64,000 nt of DNA from Xanthobacteraceae bacterium (GCA_049651165.1 JBASBO010000216.1:192-64191); one strand, 5' to 3'; shown: positions 18,557 through 31,036, counted from the first letter of the stretch. Notes: generated by a model not told the origin, from the letters alone. A program made the numbers and translations.

Positions 18557-20152
18557 TTAACGCGCGCTCTCGCGGACACCGGCGCGCGCCGGCCCGCGCA
18601 AAGCCTGCTTGTCGCGGCGGCGCTGCACCGACGAGGGAATGCGCATCGCCTCGCGGTATTTCGCCACGGTGCGCCGGGCGATGTCGATCCCGGTCTCGCG
18701 CAGCCGCTCGACGATGGTGTCGTCCGACAGGATCGCGTCGGCCGGCTCGGCATCGATCAACTGCCGGATCTGATGGCGCACTGCTTCCGCCGAATGCGCC
18801 TCGCCGCCGTCGGCGGACGCGATCGACGCGGTGAAGAAGTATTTCAGTTCGAACACCCCGCGATTGGTGGCGACGTATTTGTTGGCGGTGACCCGCGACA
18901 CCGTCGACTCGTGCATCTGGATCGCGTCCGCCACCGCCTTCAGGTTGAGCGGCCGCAGGTGCGCCACGCCATGGGCGAAGAAGCCGTCCTGCTGGCGCAC
19001 GATTTCGCTGGCCACCTTGAGGATGGTACGGGCGCGCTGGTCGAGCGCGCGCACCAGCCAGGTGGCGTTCTGAAGGCAATCGCTGAAATAGGTCTTGTCG
19101 CCGTCCTTGCGCGCGGTCTTCGCCAAATGCGCGTAATAGCTCTGGTTGACCAGCACCTTTGGCAGCGTGTCGCTGTTGAGTTCGACCAGCCAGCCGCCAT
19201 CGGCGCCCGGCCGCACATAGACGTCGGGCACCACGGTCTGCACCCGGACGCTGGCGAACTGCAAGCCGGGCTTGGGATTGAGTCGGCGGATTTCCGCGAT
19301 CATGTCGGCGAGGTCGTCGTCATCGACGCCGCACAGTTTTCGCAAGCCCGCGAAGTCGCGCCGCGCCAGAAGATCGAGGTGATCCACCAGCACCCGCATC
19401 GCCGGATCGAAGCGGTCGCGTTCGCGCAACTGGATCGCAAGGCATTCGCTTAAGCTGCGCGCGCAGATGCCGGCGGGCTCGAAAGTCTGCAACACCGCGA
19501 GCACCGCTTCGACCTCGGCCGCGGTCGCGCCGAGGCGCTCGGCGGCGTTGCCGAGATCGGCCGGCAGGTAGCCGGCCTCGTCCACCAGATCGATCAGATA
19601 GCGACCGATCATGCGCTGCGACGGCTTCGGCAGCGCCACTGAAAGCTGCTCGGCAAGATGGTCGGCGAGCGTGATTTCGGCGGCGACGAAGGCTTCGAGA
19701 TTGTAGTCGTCGTCGTTCGACGCGCCGCCGCCCCACTCGGTATAGGCGGTGGGCGGGGCGTCCTGCGCGGCGCGGGCGGCGGCCTCGGCCGGCTCCTCCG
19801 GGAAGACGTTGTCGAGCCCGGTGTCGAGCGTGCGTTCGATTTCGGCGCGGCTGCCGAGGTCGCGGCTCAGCCAGTCTTCCTGCGCCGTTTCCGGACCGGC
19901 GTCGAAGCCGTCGCCGGACGGCGCCTCAACGTCCGGGCCGTCGTTATCCGTGGTGGCGATTGAAGTGTCGCCGCTCGCCGCGTCCGGCCCCTCGCCGGCG
20001 CGCTCCAACAGCGGGTTGCGCTCCAACTCCTCCTCGACAAAGGCGGCGAGGTCGAGATTGGAGAGCTGCAAGAGCTTGATCGCCTGCATCAACTGCGGCG
20101 TCATCACCAGCGCTTGCGACTGGCGAAACTCTAGCTTCTGCGACAGCGCCAT
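18557..20152 (-). CDS. rpoN: RNA polymerase sigma-54 factor
   Basis: 531 aa. N-terminal region I (LEFRQSQALVMTPQLMQAIKLLQLSNLDL), an acidic region II, and the C-terminal RpoN box ARRTVAKYREAMRIPSS. Confidence 0.96.
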   Translation of the reverse strand: MALSQKLEFRQSQALVMTPQLMQAIKLLQLSNLDLAAFVEEELERNPLLERAGEGPDAASGDTSIATTDNDGPDVEAPSGDGFDAGPETAQEDWLSRDLGSRAEIERTLDTGLDNVFPEEPAEAAARAAQDAPPTAYTEWGGGASNDDDYNLEAFVAAEITLADHLAEQLSVALPKPSQRMIGRYLIDLVDEAGYLPADLGNAAERLGATAAEVEAVLAVLQTFEPAGICARSLSECLAIQLRERDRFDPAMRVLVDHLDLLARRDFAGLRKLCGVDDDDLADMIAEIRRLNPKPGLQFASVRVQTVVPDVYVRPGADGGWLVELNSDTLPKVLVNQSYYAHLAKTARKDGDKTYFSDCLQNATWLVRALDQRARTILKVASEIVRQQDGFFAHGVAHLRPLNLKAVADAIQMHESTVSRVTANKYVATNRGVFELKYFFTASIASADGGEAHSAEAVRHQIRQLIDAEPADAILSDDTIVERLRETGIDIARRTVAKYREAMRIPSSVQRRRDKQALRGPARAGVRESAR

Positions 20153-20340
20153 CGAAGCAAAAACCGTTCCATAAGATTGGTCCGTTTCTTGCTTAGCTGC
20201 TTCGTCGCCGGAAGTATACCGCTGCCCCCGCCGGCCCGCGATTTGTGATCGTCGCGGTTAGCGGGACGCAACCCGATATGTCAAAAACTCAATGCGGGAT
20301 TTACCGACGGTTAACTTTGCCGATGAGGCGGCGATGCGTC

Positions 20341-21276
<936 letters not shown>

Positions 21277-21445
21277 GCCGCGTGACTTCAGCCTTTGCCA
21301 ATCGCCGCGCGGGCGCGGCGGCGGGGTCCGGAAGGGTAGGCGCCCCGCGTGAACAAATCCGTACCGCAGCAGTGGGGCGAGGCGTGGTAGACGGATATCG
21401 GTTCCCGTTCAAGAGCCGATCCGCCCGTGGTCGGCGGCGACACCC

Positions 21446-22165
21446 TCACCGCGACCGGTCCGATTTCGGCGCCAGCAGCATCGGCATCGGCGAGCGTGCC
21501 GGCGGCGGCGCGGAGGACGACGCCCCCGAGCCGGAGCCGCAACCGCCCCCTTCCGACTGGATGAACAGGCCCTGCACCCGTCCGCTGTCGGATTCGACCC
21601 GCGACACGCCGGTGGTCATGTTCACCAGCAGGCGGTCGCCGCGCAGCACGTTCTTGCATTGCGTCAGCACCACCTGTCCCTTCATGGTGATGAGGTTGGC
21701 GCGCGGATCGAAGATCGCCAGATCGCCGGTCACCACCTGGTCCTTCTGCGTCACCACCACGCCGCCGCGAGCCTCCAGCCGGCGGATCGACGATGCGCCG
21801 CCGGGGCCTGGCGACGCCGTCGTCATCGTTGCGCTGGCCGGCTTGCCCTTGCCGGGCCCGGAATCCGAGCCCTTGGATTCGTAGAACACCACCAGCGTCT
21901 TGGCCTTCATGGTGGTGTCGCCCTGCACCACCTTCACGTCACCGGAAAAGGTGGCTTCCTTCTTCTTGTCGACCATCTCCAGCGACGCCGCCTCGATCCG
22001 GATCGGCTGCTCGCGGTTCTGGGAGAATCCCTGCATGGCGTTGGGCACGCCCTGCATAGAGCCTTGCGCGCGCGCCTCGCCGCCGGCGACGCACGCCAGC
22101 AGCACGGCTGCCAGCGCTGCATGGCGGAGCGGGCTGTTTTTTGAGATCGTCGGGGCCGCGCTCAT
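21446..22165 (-). CDS. lptA: LPS transport periplasmic protein LptA (OstA-like)
   Basis: Signal peptide (HAALAAVLLACVAGGEARA). OstA beta-jellyroll repeats (IRIEAASLEMVDKKKEATFSGDVKVVQGDTTMKAKTLVVFY..., VVTGDLAIFDPRANLITMKGQVVLTQ). Position between lptC and lptB. Confidence 0.82.
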   Translation of the reverse strand: MSAAPTISKNSPLRHAALAAVLLACVAGGEARAQGSMQGVPNAMQGFSQNREQPIRIEAASLEMVDKKKEATFSGDVKVVQGDTTMKAKTLVVFYESKGSDSGPGKGKPASATMTTASPGPGGASSIRRLEARGGVVVTQKDQVVTGDLAIFDPRANLITMKGQVVLTQCKNVLRGDRLLVNMTTGVSRVESDSGRVQGLFIQSEGGGCGSGSGASSSAPPPARSPMPMLLAPKSDRSR

Positions 22166-22956
22166 CGGGTCCTGCCATTCTTGCGGGATGACGCGGGTCC
22201 CGGCGTGGTCGCCGCCGGCTCCGGCGTCGCCTCGCCCGCCGGCGCGGCTTCGGTCGCCGGCTGTTCCATCACCAGATCCATCACCACATGGCCCTCGAAG
22301 CGCACGATGTCACCCTTGTCGATGATCCGCAGCCGGTCGGAATCGAGGGTGCCGTTCAGCAATTTGACCGCGACCGGCTCGTCGGACGTCACCAGGCCCT
22401 TGTTGATGTCCACCAGGGCGCGGGTCAGCCGCGCCTCGTAACCGGTGGACGATTGCAGGAAGATGCTTTTTCGTAAGTCCAGCACCTGCGCCTTGGTGTC
22501 GAATATGCCGGCCCTGGCGTCCATGGTCACCGTCGATCGATCCTCCATCGTCACCTTGGCCCGCAGCATCTCAAGCTCGACATGATCTGGGTCGGTCAGG
22601 TCCTGCGTCGCGCTTTTGGCCCAGACCTCATAGGGCCGCTGATCCGGCGAGAAACCCGCCATATGCGGCGATTCCATCGTGATTTTGGTGCCCGACACCA
22701 CCATATTGTCGATATCGAGCGGCAATTGCGGCATGAGGACCCGGAACGGATTGAAGATCGACACCCCGACGATCATGGCCAGCGACACCACCACCCCGAC
22801 CGGGACCGCGACCCGCAACAGCCGCACCAGCCGGCTGTGCCGGGCGGCGGCGGCGAAGCGCGCCTCCAGACCTGCCTGATAGGCCGGGCTCTGAGCCGAA
22901 TACACCGTGCCTCCTGGGTCAGCGATCGCAGCGGCCGCCGCGGTCATTCCCGCCAT
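22162..22956 (-). CDS. lptC: LPS export system protein LptC
   Basis: 264 aa with a single N-terminal TM (LLRVAVPVGVVVSLAMIVGVSIF) and an LptC-like beta-rich periplasmic domain. 4-nt overlap with lptA. Assignment is largely by position in lptC-lptA-lptB-rpoN. Confidence 0.72.
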   Translation of the reverse strand: MAGMTAAAAAIADPGGTVYSAQSPAYQAGLEARFAAAARHSRLVRLLRVAVPVGVVVSLAMIVGVSIFNPFRVLMPQLPLDIDNMVVSGTKITMESPHMAGFSPDQRPYEVWAKSATQDLTDPDHVELEMLRAKVTMEDRSTVTMDARAGIFDTKAQVLDLRKSIFLQSSTGYEARLTRALVDINKGLVTSDEPVAVKLLNGTLDSDRLRIIDKGDIVRFEGHVVMDLVMEQPATEAAPAGEATPEPAATTPGPASSRKNGRTR

Positions 22957-23120
22957 CTTCCCCGATCAACAATGCCGGGTCCAATACCTTTGAAATCGCG
23001 GCGGATCGAGCCCGGCCGCCGCCTCGCCGCGCCAGCCGGCGGGGCCTTATTGCGCGACGGTTGTGTTCAAATGGTGAAATCCGGTTCCGGCGTCCAGTGT
23101 CGGCCCGATCCTGCGCCGTC

Positions 23121-23735
23121 TTACGAATGGGCGAAAATATCCTCATCCTCCCAGCCGTTGAGGTCGAGCAGGGCGCGTGAGGGCAGGAAATCGAAACAGG
23201 CTTGCGCCAATGCGGTGCGGCCTTCGCGCGCCAGCATGACGTCCAGCTTGTCGCGCAAGGCGTGAAGGTGCAGCACGTCGGAGGCGGCATAGGCCAGTTG
23301 GGCGTCGGTAAGCGTGTCCGCGCCCCAGTCGCTGGACTGCTGCTGCTTCGACAGATCGACGCCGATGAGTTCGCGCGTCAGATCCTTCAGGCCATGGCGG
23401 TCGGTATAGGTCCGGGTCAGGCGCGAGGCGATCTTGGTGCAATAGACCGGCTGCGGCATCACGCCGAGCGCGTTGTAGAGCGCGGCGAGATCGAAGCGCG
23501 CGAAGTGAAAAATCTTAGGTACGCCGGGGTTGCCGAGCAGCGCCTTCAGATTGGGCGCGTCGCGATGGCCTTGCGGAATCTGCACGATGTCAGCGCTGCC
23601 GTCGCCGGGCGAGAGCTGCACCACGCACAGCCGGTCGCGATGCGGGTTCAGCCCCATCGTCTCGGTGTCGATCGCCACCGAGGCGGTATAGCGGCCAAGG
23701 TCCGGCAGGTCGCCGCGATGAAGACGGATGGTCAT
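23121..23735 (-). CDS. short ribonuclease D-like 3'-5' exonuclease (DEDDy)
   Basis: 204 aa. VAIDTETMGLNPHRDRLCVVQLS (ExoI), KIFHFARFDLAAL (ExoII) and LAYAASDVLHLHAL (ExoIII, YxxxD). Confidence 0.82.
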   Translation of the reverse strand: MTIRLHRGDLPDLGRYTASVAIDTETMGLNPHRDRLCVVQLSPGDGSADIVQIPQGHRDAPNLKALLGNPGVPKIFHFARFDLAALYNALGVMPQPVYCTKIASRLTRTYTDRHGLKDLTRELIGVDLSKQQQSSDWGADTLTDAQLAYAASDVLHLHALRDKLDVMLAREGRTALAQACFDFLPSRALLDLNGWEDEDIFAHS

Positions 23736-23973
23736 GATGGTCCTTGTCGCTTAAGGAAGCGTCCGGGATGGTCCCGGCAATTGTAATGAATCTCGATTCA
23801 ATCGAGCACAGTTTCCAGATTTCGAGGCAATGTCTACACCTCGGATGACCGTTGCGCACCTTGCGAATCTGCTCACAGAATAGAATGCCGCGGCCCAGTG
23901 GAGAAGACGGATTGAGGAACTATCTGTTGTCCCGGCTTACGGATGGGATGCATCCGCGCCGCAGCGAGGACCC

Positions 23974-24996
23974 ATGAAGAAAATCGGCTTTCTTTCGTTC
24001 GGGCACTGGACGCCTTCGCCGCAATCGCAGACCCGCTCGGCGGCGGATGCGCTGCTACAATCCATCGAGCTTGCCGTCGCCGCCGAGCAGCTTGGGGCCG
24101 ATGGGGCCTATTTCCGGGTGCATCACTTCGCTCGCCAACTCGCCTCGCCGTTTCCGTTGCTGGCTGCCGCCAGCGCCAGGACCAGCCGTATCGAGATCGG
24201 CACCGCCGTCATCGACATGCGCTATGAGAACCCGCTGTACATGGCGGAGGATGCAGGCGCGGCCGATCTGATCGCCGGCGGTCGGCTCCAGCTTGGCATC
24301 AGCCGGGGCTCGCCGGAGCAGGTGATCGATGGCTGGCGATATTTCGGCTACCAGCCGCAGGAAGGCGAGGACGATGCCGACATGGGCCGGCGTCATGCGG
24401 AAGTCTTCCTCGATCTCCTGCGCGGCAAGGGCTTCGCGCAGCCCAATCCGCGGCCGATGTTTCCCAATCCGCCCGGCTTGCTGCGCCTCGAACCGCACGC
24501 CGAAGGCTTGCGCGAGCGCATCTGGTGGGGCTCCGCTTCGAACGCCACCGCCGAATGGGCGGCAAGGCTCGGAGTGAATCTGCAAAGCTCGACGCTCAAG
24601 ACCGATGAGACTGGCGAGGCTTTCCATGTGCAGCAGGCCGCGCAGATCAGGGCCTATCGCGCGGCGTGGAAGGAGGCCGGCCATGCGCGCGAGCCGCGGG
24701 TATCGGTCAGCCGCAGCATCTTCGCGCTGATGGACGATCGCGACCGCGCCTATTTCGGCTCCGGGCGCGAGGACGAGGATCAGATCGGATTCATCGATCC
24801 GCAGACCCGCGCCATCTTCGGCCGCAGTTACGCCGCGGAACCGGATGCCCTGATCGCGCAGCTCAAACAGGACGAAGCCATCGCCGAAGCCGACACGTTG
24901 CTGCTGACTGTTCCCAATCAACTCGGCGTCGACTACAACGCGCACGTCATCGAGGCGATCCTGACCCACATCGCTCCCGCCCTCGGCTGGCGCTGA
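23974..24996 (+). CDS. LLM-class (luciferase-like) flavin-dependent oxidoreductase
   Basis: MKKIGFLSFGHWTPSPQSQTRSAADALLQSIELAVAAEQLGADGAYFRVHHFARQL...: typical N-terminal TIM-barrel pattern of luciferase-like monooxygenases. Substrate unknown. Confidence 0.8.
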   Translation: MKKIGFLSFGHWTPSPQSQTRSAADALLQSIELAVAAEQLGADGAYFRVHHFARQLASPFPLLAAASARTSRIEIGTAVIDMRYENPLYMAEDAGAADLIAGGRLQLGISRGSPEQVIDGWRYFGYQPQEGEDDADMGRRHAEVFLDLLRGKGFAQPNPRPMFPNPPGLLRLEPHAEGLRERIWWGSASNATAEWAARLGVNLQSSTLKTDETGEAFHVQQAAQIRAYRAAWKEAGHAREPRVSVSRSIFALMDDRDRAYFGSGREDEDQIGFIDPQTRAIFGRSYAAEPDALIAQLKQDEAIAEADTLLLTVPNQLGVDYNAHVIEAILTHIAPALGWR

Positions 24997-25125
24997 AGCG
25001 CGGTCCGCGCCCGATCTTGTCAGCAGCGTGGCGCGGTGCGGGGGGATGCTCAGGCCAGCCGCCGCTATCGTGAGGCGATCTGCTCGCCGCACTACAACTG
25101 CATGAAGGCAATCGGAGAATCTCCA

Positions 25126-26349
25126 ATGACACATCTCTCGTCACGGTTTATCGCGCTCGCCGCCGGTGCATTGCTGTTGTCGAGCGGCAGTGCGCTGGCG
25201 CAGAAGAAATACGATACCGGCGCAACCGACACCGAGATCAGGATCGGCAATCTGGAAGCCTACAGCGGACCGGCTTCCTCCTACGGCATGATCGGCAAGA
25301 CCGAGGCGGCCTACTTCAGGATGAAGAACGATCAGGGCGGCATCAACGGCCGCAAGATCAACTTCATCTCCTACGACGATGCCTACAGCCCGGCCAAGAC
25401 GGTGGAGCAGACCCGCAAGCTGGTCGAGAACGACGAGGTGCTGTTTATCTTCAACCCACTCGGCACGCTGACGCAGAGCGCGGTGCAGAAGTATCTCAAC
25501 GCCAGGAAGATCCCGCAGCTTTTCATCGCGTCGGGGGCGAGCAAATGGGACGACGCTACGAATTTTCCCTGGACCATGGGATTCCAGCCGAGCTACCGCT
25601 CCGCCGCCCGCGTGTTCGCCAAGTACATCCTGTCGGAGAACCCCAATCCGAAGGTCGCGGTGTTTTATGCCAACGACGATTTCGGCAAGGAGCACCTGCT
25701 GGGCCTCAAGGACGTCTTCGGCGACAAGGCGTCGAAGCTCATCATTCTTGAGGAGAGCTACGAAAACAGCGAGCCGACCATCGATTCCCACATCGTCAAG
25801 ATGAAGAACAGCGGCGCCGACGTGCTGGTCGATATTACGACGCCGAAATTCGCCGCGCAGGCGATCCGCAAGATGCACGAGATCGGCTGGAAGCCGCTGC
25901 ATGTCATCACCGACGTATCGGCCTCGATCGGCTCGGTGATCCGGCCCGCCGGTTTCGACGCGGCGGAGGGCATCGTGTCTGCGGGCTATCGCAAGGACGC
26001 CTCGGACGCGCAGTGGAAGGACGACGAAGGCATGAAGAAGTTCCTCGCCTTCATCGATAAATACATGCCGGGCTCGGACATCTCCGACGCCAATATGGTC
26101 TATGGCTACGCTGCGGCGCAGACCATGGTGCATGTGCTGGAGCAGTGCGGCGACGACCTGACCCGTGCCAACGTCATGAAGCAGGCGGCCAGTATCAAGA
26201 ACGTCATACCGGATACGCTGCTCCCGGGCATTCATGTCAAGACCAGCGCGGCGGACTTTGCCCCGCTCGAACAGCTCATGATGATGAAGTTCACCGGCGG
26301 CAAGTGGGTGCTGTTCGGCGATGTCATCAGCGCCGAAACGGAGCGCTGA
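25126..26349 (+). CDS. branched-chain amino-acid (LivJ/LivK-type) ABC substrate-binding protein
   Basis: Start at MTHLSSRFIALAAGALLLSSGSALAQ (atg 25126, GGAGAA upstream): signal peptide followed by IRIGNLEAYSGPASSYG... type-I periplasmic binding fold. It is an orphan, with no adjacent permease or ATPase. Confidence 0.85.
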   Translation: MTHLSSRFIALAAGALLLSSGSALAQKKYDTGATDTEIRIGNLEAYSGPASSYGMIGKTEAAYFRMKNDQGGINGRKINFISYDDAYSPAKTVEQTRKLVENDEVLFIFNPLGTLTQSAVQKYLNARKIPQLFIASGASKWDDATNFPWTMGFQPSYRSAARVFAKYILSENPNPKVAVFYANDDFGKEHLLGLKDVFGDKASKLIILEESYENSEPTIDSHIVKMKNSGADVLVDITTPKFAAQAIRKMHEIGWKPLHVITDVSASIGSVIRPAGFDAAEGIVSAGYRKDASDAQWKDDEGMKKFLAFIDKYMPGSDISDANMVYGYAAAQTMVHVLEQCGDDLTRANVMKQAASIKNVIPDTLLPGIHVKTSAADFAPLEQLMMMKFTGGKWVLFGDVISAETER

Positions 26350-26380
26350 CGGGTCGGCAAGGAGTCGGCAAGCGTGTCGC

Positions 26381-27937
26381 TCAATGAGCGGACGCGTTCG
26401 TGTCGTGGCGCGAAAGAATGTCCCGGATCTGCCGCAACGTCTGCTCGAATGGCCCTGATGCGTCGACCTTGGCCCATGCGATCGCGTCGAGATCGTAGGT
26501 CTCCTGCGCGCGCGCCAGCCTCGCGTCGGCGTCCGATGCGTCGGGGCCGCGTTGCGTGATGCGCGCGATCCGGGTTTCGATGTCCGCCGTCAGGAACAGC
26601 CCGACCATCGCCACGCCAGCGTCGTGCGCGGTGCTTTCGATCATCTCGCGTGCACCGCCATCCGTGAAGGTCGCGTCAATGATCACCGGGTAGTCGGCGC
26701 GCACGGTCCGGACAGCGCGTGCCGCCAGTTCGGCGTAGACGCGCGCCGATGTCTCCGCGTCATAGGCGTCCGCCGGCAGCCGCTCGAATTCCGGGCATCC
26801 GAGCATCCGCTTGCGCATGACATCGGAGCGCAGCACCAGCGCGCCCGGCAACGGCGGGATCGTCTCCGCGAGCTTTCTCGCAATGGCCGACTTACCCACG
26901 CCCGACAGGCCGCCGATGCAGATCATGCGCGGCTGGTGCGGTTCAAGAAGCGTCAGGGCAAGGTTGAAATAACGTCTGGCGGATGCTTCGATTGCCCCGG
27001 CGTTGTCGCTGCCCTGATCGAGCCGCGCGGCGATCACCTTCGCCCGGATCGCCGCCCGCAGCGACATGAACATGGGAAGACACGCCAATCCATCGAGTTC
27101 TTCCAGCGGTCCATGCGAGCCGATAGTGCCGTTCAGCACGATGTTGGCGTTGGTGACCTGGCCGCGCTCGACTAGATCCATCAGAAGAAACGCGAGATCG
27201 TACAGCACATCCCCCGACGCGACGACCGGGCTGAACTCGATGGCGTCGAACGCGACCGGATGTCCGTTGATGAACGCGATGTTCCCGAGATGCAGGTCGC
27301 CATGGCCAAGCCGCACGAAACCCTGCGCGCCGCGTTTGACCAGCAGCGGCTTGAGGCGCACGAACTGACCGCGCATCGTCTGTTCGAGCCGCGCGACATC
27401 CGCCTCTGCGAAGATGTCGGGATAGGCGCGGAACGCCTCGGAATTCTGCTCGATATAGGTCGCGACGGCCGCGATCCATCGCGCGGCGTCGGCGGGCGGC
27501 GCATTGTGATGGATCGCGCGTGATATGGCCGCAAGCTGCGCGGCGAGGCGGGAGTCGAGCTTGCCTTGATCGGCGATATGATCGAGCGTCTGGTTCTCGT
27601 CGAACCGCTGCATCTCGACGGCCCACTCGATAACTTCGCCGCTGCCGTCGATCGCCAGTCTACCGTCCGCTTCGCGCGTGATCGGCACGACGCGCCGGTA
27701 CAGCTCGGGAGCGAAGCGGCGGTTGACCTCCAGTTCGGCGATGCAGGCGGCCTTGCGCTTGTCGAGCGTCGAATAGTCGAGAAATGGAAAAGAAACCGCG
27801 CGCTTCACTTTCAGCGCGCGATCACCGGCAAGAAACACGGCCGAGCCGTGGGTATCGAACCGGCGCACCGGTTCGCCGCCGTGCGAATCCGGGTTCTCAA
27901 GAAACGCGAAGACCGAAGCCTGCAACTGGTCCATCAT
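26381..27937 (-). CDS. bifunctional kinase-like (APH/choline-kinase fold) / P-loop ATP-binding protein
   Basis: The N-terminal ~330 aa carry the kinase catalytic-loop motif LGHGDLHLGNIAF. The C-terminal ~170 aa carry the P-loop ICIGGLSGVGKSAIARKLA. Function unknown. Confidence 0.75.
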   Translation of the reverse strand: MMDQLQASVFAFLENPDSHGGEPVRRFDTHGSAVFLAGDRALKVKRAVSFPFLDYSTLDKRKAACIAELEVNRRFAPELYRRVVPITREADGRLAIDGSGEVIEWAVEMQRFDENQTLDHIADQGKLDSRLAAQLAAISRAIHHNAPPADAARWIAAVATYIEQNSEAFRAYPDIFAEADVARLEQTMRGQFVRLKPLLVKRGAQGFVRLGHGDLHLGNIAFINGHPVAFDAIEFSPVVASGDVLYDLAFLLMDLVERGQVTNANIVLNGTIGSHGPLEELDGLACLPMFMSLRAAIRAKVIAARLDQGSDNAGAIEASARRYFNLALTLLEPHQPRMICIGGLSGVGKSAIARKLAETIPPLPGALVLRSDVMRKRMLGCPEFERLPADAYDAETSARVYAELAARAVRTVRADYPVIIDATFTDGGAREMIESTAHDAGVAMVGLFLTADIETRIARITQRGPDASDADARLARAQETYDLDAIAWAKVDASGPFEQTLRQIRDILSRHDTNASAH

Positions 27938-28002
27938 CGGGCATGCTCCGCCATGTCATGTGGTCGCGATCTCGCCGGAGCGCATGGCGACCACCGGCGG
28001 GT

Positions 28003-28758
28003 TCATTTGATCTTCGCGGTCTTGTTCTGGAAGGCACTGATGCGCTCCGCCATGTCCGGGCCGACGCCGCGGCTGCGGGCGATCTCGTAGCTGAGGCCGG
28101 CGGCGAGCGGCAGGCCGTCGGTTTCCACCAGCAGCGCCTTGTTGGCGCGATGGCTGTACCAGGAGTTGGCGAGGATGGTCGCCGCCAGCTTCTCCAGTTC
28201 GGCGTCGAATGACGCATCCGGCACGCAGATGTTGGCGAGGCCCATGGCTTCGGCCTCGCGCCCGGTATAGGTGCGGCAGGTGAACATCATCTCGCGCGCC
28301 TTGGGCAGGCCGACGCGGCGCGGCAGGCGCTGGCTCATACCCCATATCGGAGACAGCGCCCAGCGGGCATGGGTGTCGGCGAATTTGGCGTTCTCCGAAC
28401 AGATCAGCAGATCGCCCGCCAACGCCAGTTCGAGAGCGCCGGTGTAACAGTGGCCATGCACGGCGGTGATGACAGGTTGCGGCAGATCGGCCAGCTTCTC
28501 GATGACGCCGGCCTGAAAATGAGGACGCGGCGGCGTCTCGCCCGCCGAAATATCGTTGAGGTCATGCCCGGCCGAGAAGCACTTGCCGGCGCCGCGCAGG
28601 ATCACCAGCCCGATGCGGTCGGTCTGGCCGGCAATGGCGTCGACATGCGTCTCGAGCGCGGCGAACAGCGTGACATTGAGCGAGTTCAGCTTGTCGGGAC
28701 GATTGAGCGTCAGAACGGCGCAGCCGTCCCTGTCTTCCCTGAGCACCAGCGCGGTCAT
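28003..28758 (-). CDS. enoyl-CoA hydratase/isomerase (crotonase) family protein
   Basis: Start at MTALVLREDRDGCAVLTLNRPDKLNSLN (cat 28756-28758, AAGGAAG upstream). LRGAGKCFSAGHDLN and TAVHGHCYTGALELALAGD are oxyanion-hole motifs. The 475-aa track ORF is an artefactual extension. Confidence 0.86.
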   Translation of the reverse strand: MTALVLREDRDGCAVLTLNRPDKLNSLNVTLFAALETHVDAIAGQTDRIGLVILRGAGKCFSAGHDLNDISAGETPPRPHFQAGVIEKLADLPQPVITAVHGHCYTGALELALAGDLLICSENAKFADTHARWALSPIWGMSQRLPRRVGLPKAREMMFTCRTYTGREAEAMGLANICVPDASFDAELEKLAATILANSWYSHRANKALLVETDGLPLAAGLSYEIARSRGVGPDMAERISAFQNKTAKIK

Positions 28759-28820
28759 GATGTCTTCCTTATGGATCGGGAGGCCGGTCACGGGTCCGCG
28801 ACCGGCGATTGCGGCTCGCT

Positions 28821-29876
<1,056 letters not shown>

Positions 29877-31001
29877 TCACGCGGCGGAACTGCCGATCTT
29901 GCGGAAGTGATAGTCCGGCGCGCCGAAGATGGTTTCGAACACCAACAGCCGCTTCAGGTAGTGGCCGACCGCCAGTTCGTCGGTCATGCCGACCCCGCCA
30001 TGGGTCTGCACCGCCGCCTCGGCGATGATCCGCCCCATCTTTCCGACCTGCGCCTTCAGCACCGAGACGTCGCGCGGGTTAAGGCGACCGGCCTCGGCCA
30101 GCGCCGTTGAATACATCAGCGAGGCGTAAGCCTTGGCGTGGGCGATCTTCATGTCGGCGAGGCGGTGGGCGACGGCCTGAAACGTGCCGATGGCGACCCC
30201 GAACTGCTTGCGCGTGGTGGCGTAAGCGCCGGTAATGCGCAATAGCGCCTCCATCGCGCCCACGGCTTCCGCGGCCAGCACGAGAATGGCGTCGGCGATC
30301 AGTTTCGCGATCAGGTCGTGCGCGTCGCTCGCCAGCACGTCCGCGGCGGCGACCGTCACCTTGTCGAAGCGCACATGGGCGGCGCTGCGGCCGTCCTGGG
30401 TGCGGAACGGCGCCAGCGTCACGCCCGGCGCGTGCGGATCGACCAGCAGCAGCGCCAAGCCACGCGCATCGCCGGCTTGTCCGGCGGCGCGGGCGGCGAC
30501 GATCATGAAGCCGGCTTCCGCCGCGCCGAACACCAGCCGCTTCTCGCCGTTCAGCACGAAGCCGTCACCGGATGGCGTTGCCATCGTGGCGATTCCCGCC
30601 GGCGCGGCAAGACCCCGGTGCTCGTCATAGGCGAAAGCGCCGATGGCCGCGCCGCTGACGAGATCAGCGAGATGCCGGCGTGCCGCCGCATGATCGCCGG
30701 CCGCAACCAGCGCGCCGCCCGCCAGCGTCAGCGCGAACGCCCACGGCTCGATCGTCAGATATGCGCCAAAGACCCCGGCGACCGGGACGAGGGCGGCGGC
30801 GGAGCCGCCCAGTCCACCGACATCCTCCGGGAACGGCAGCGCCAGCACGCCAAGCTCCGCGAACTGGCTCCACGCCGCCTTCGCGTAAGGTGCTTCCGAG
30901 CGCAGCAACGCCTGACGGGCTTCGAAATCGTAAGTCTTGTCGAGATAGCGCGCCACGCTGTCGCGCAGCATCCCCTGCTCCTCGGTGAACGAGAAATCCA
31001 T
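29877..31001 (-). CDS. acyl-CoA dehydrogenase family protein
   Basis: Start MDFSFTEEQGMLRDSVARYL (cat 30999-31001). The C-terminal region ...FQAVAHRLADMKIAHAKAYA...QTHGGVGMTDE is typical of ACADs. Confidence 0.85.
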   Translation of the reverse strand: MDFSFTEEQGMLRDSVARYLDKTYDFEARQALLRSEAPYAKAAWSQFAELGVLALPFPEDVGGLGGSAAALVPVAGVFGAYLTIEPWAFALTLAGGALVAAGDHAAARRHLADLVSGAAIGAFAYDEHRGLAAPAGIATMATPSGDGFVLNGEKRLVFGAAEAGFMIVAARAAGQAGDARGLALLLVDPHAPGVTLAPFRTQDGRSAAHVRFDKVTVAAADVLASDAHDLIAKLIADAILVLAAEAVGAMEALLRITGAYATTRKQFGVAIGTFQAVAHRLADMKIAHAKAYASLMYSTALAEAGRLNPRDVSVLKAQVGKMGRIIAEAAVQTHGGVGMTDELAVGHYLKRLLVFETIFGAPDYHFRKIGSSAA

Positions 31002-31036
31002 GGTTCGATCCTCAGCGATTGGCGGCCCGTGTTCCG

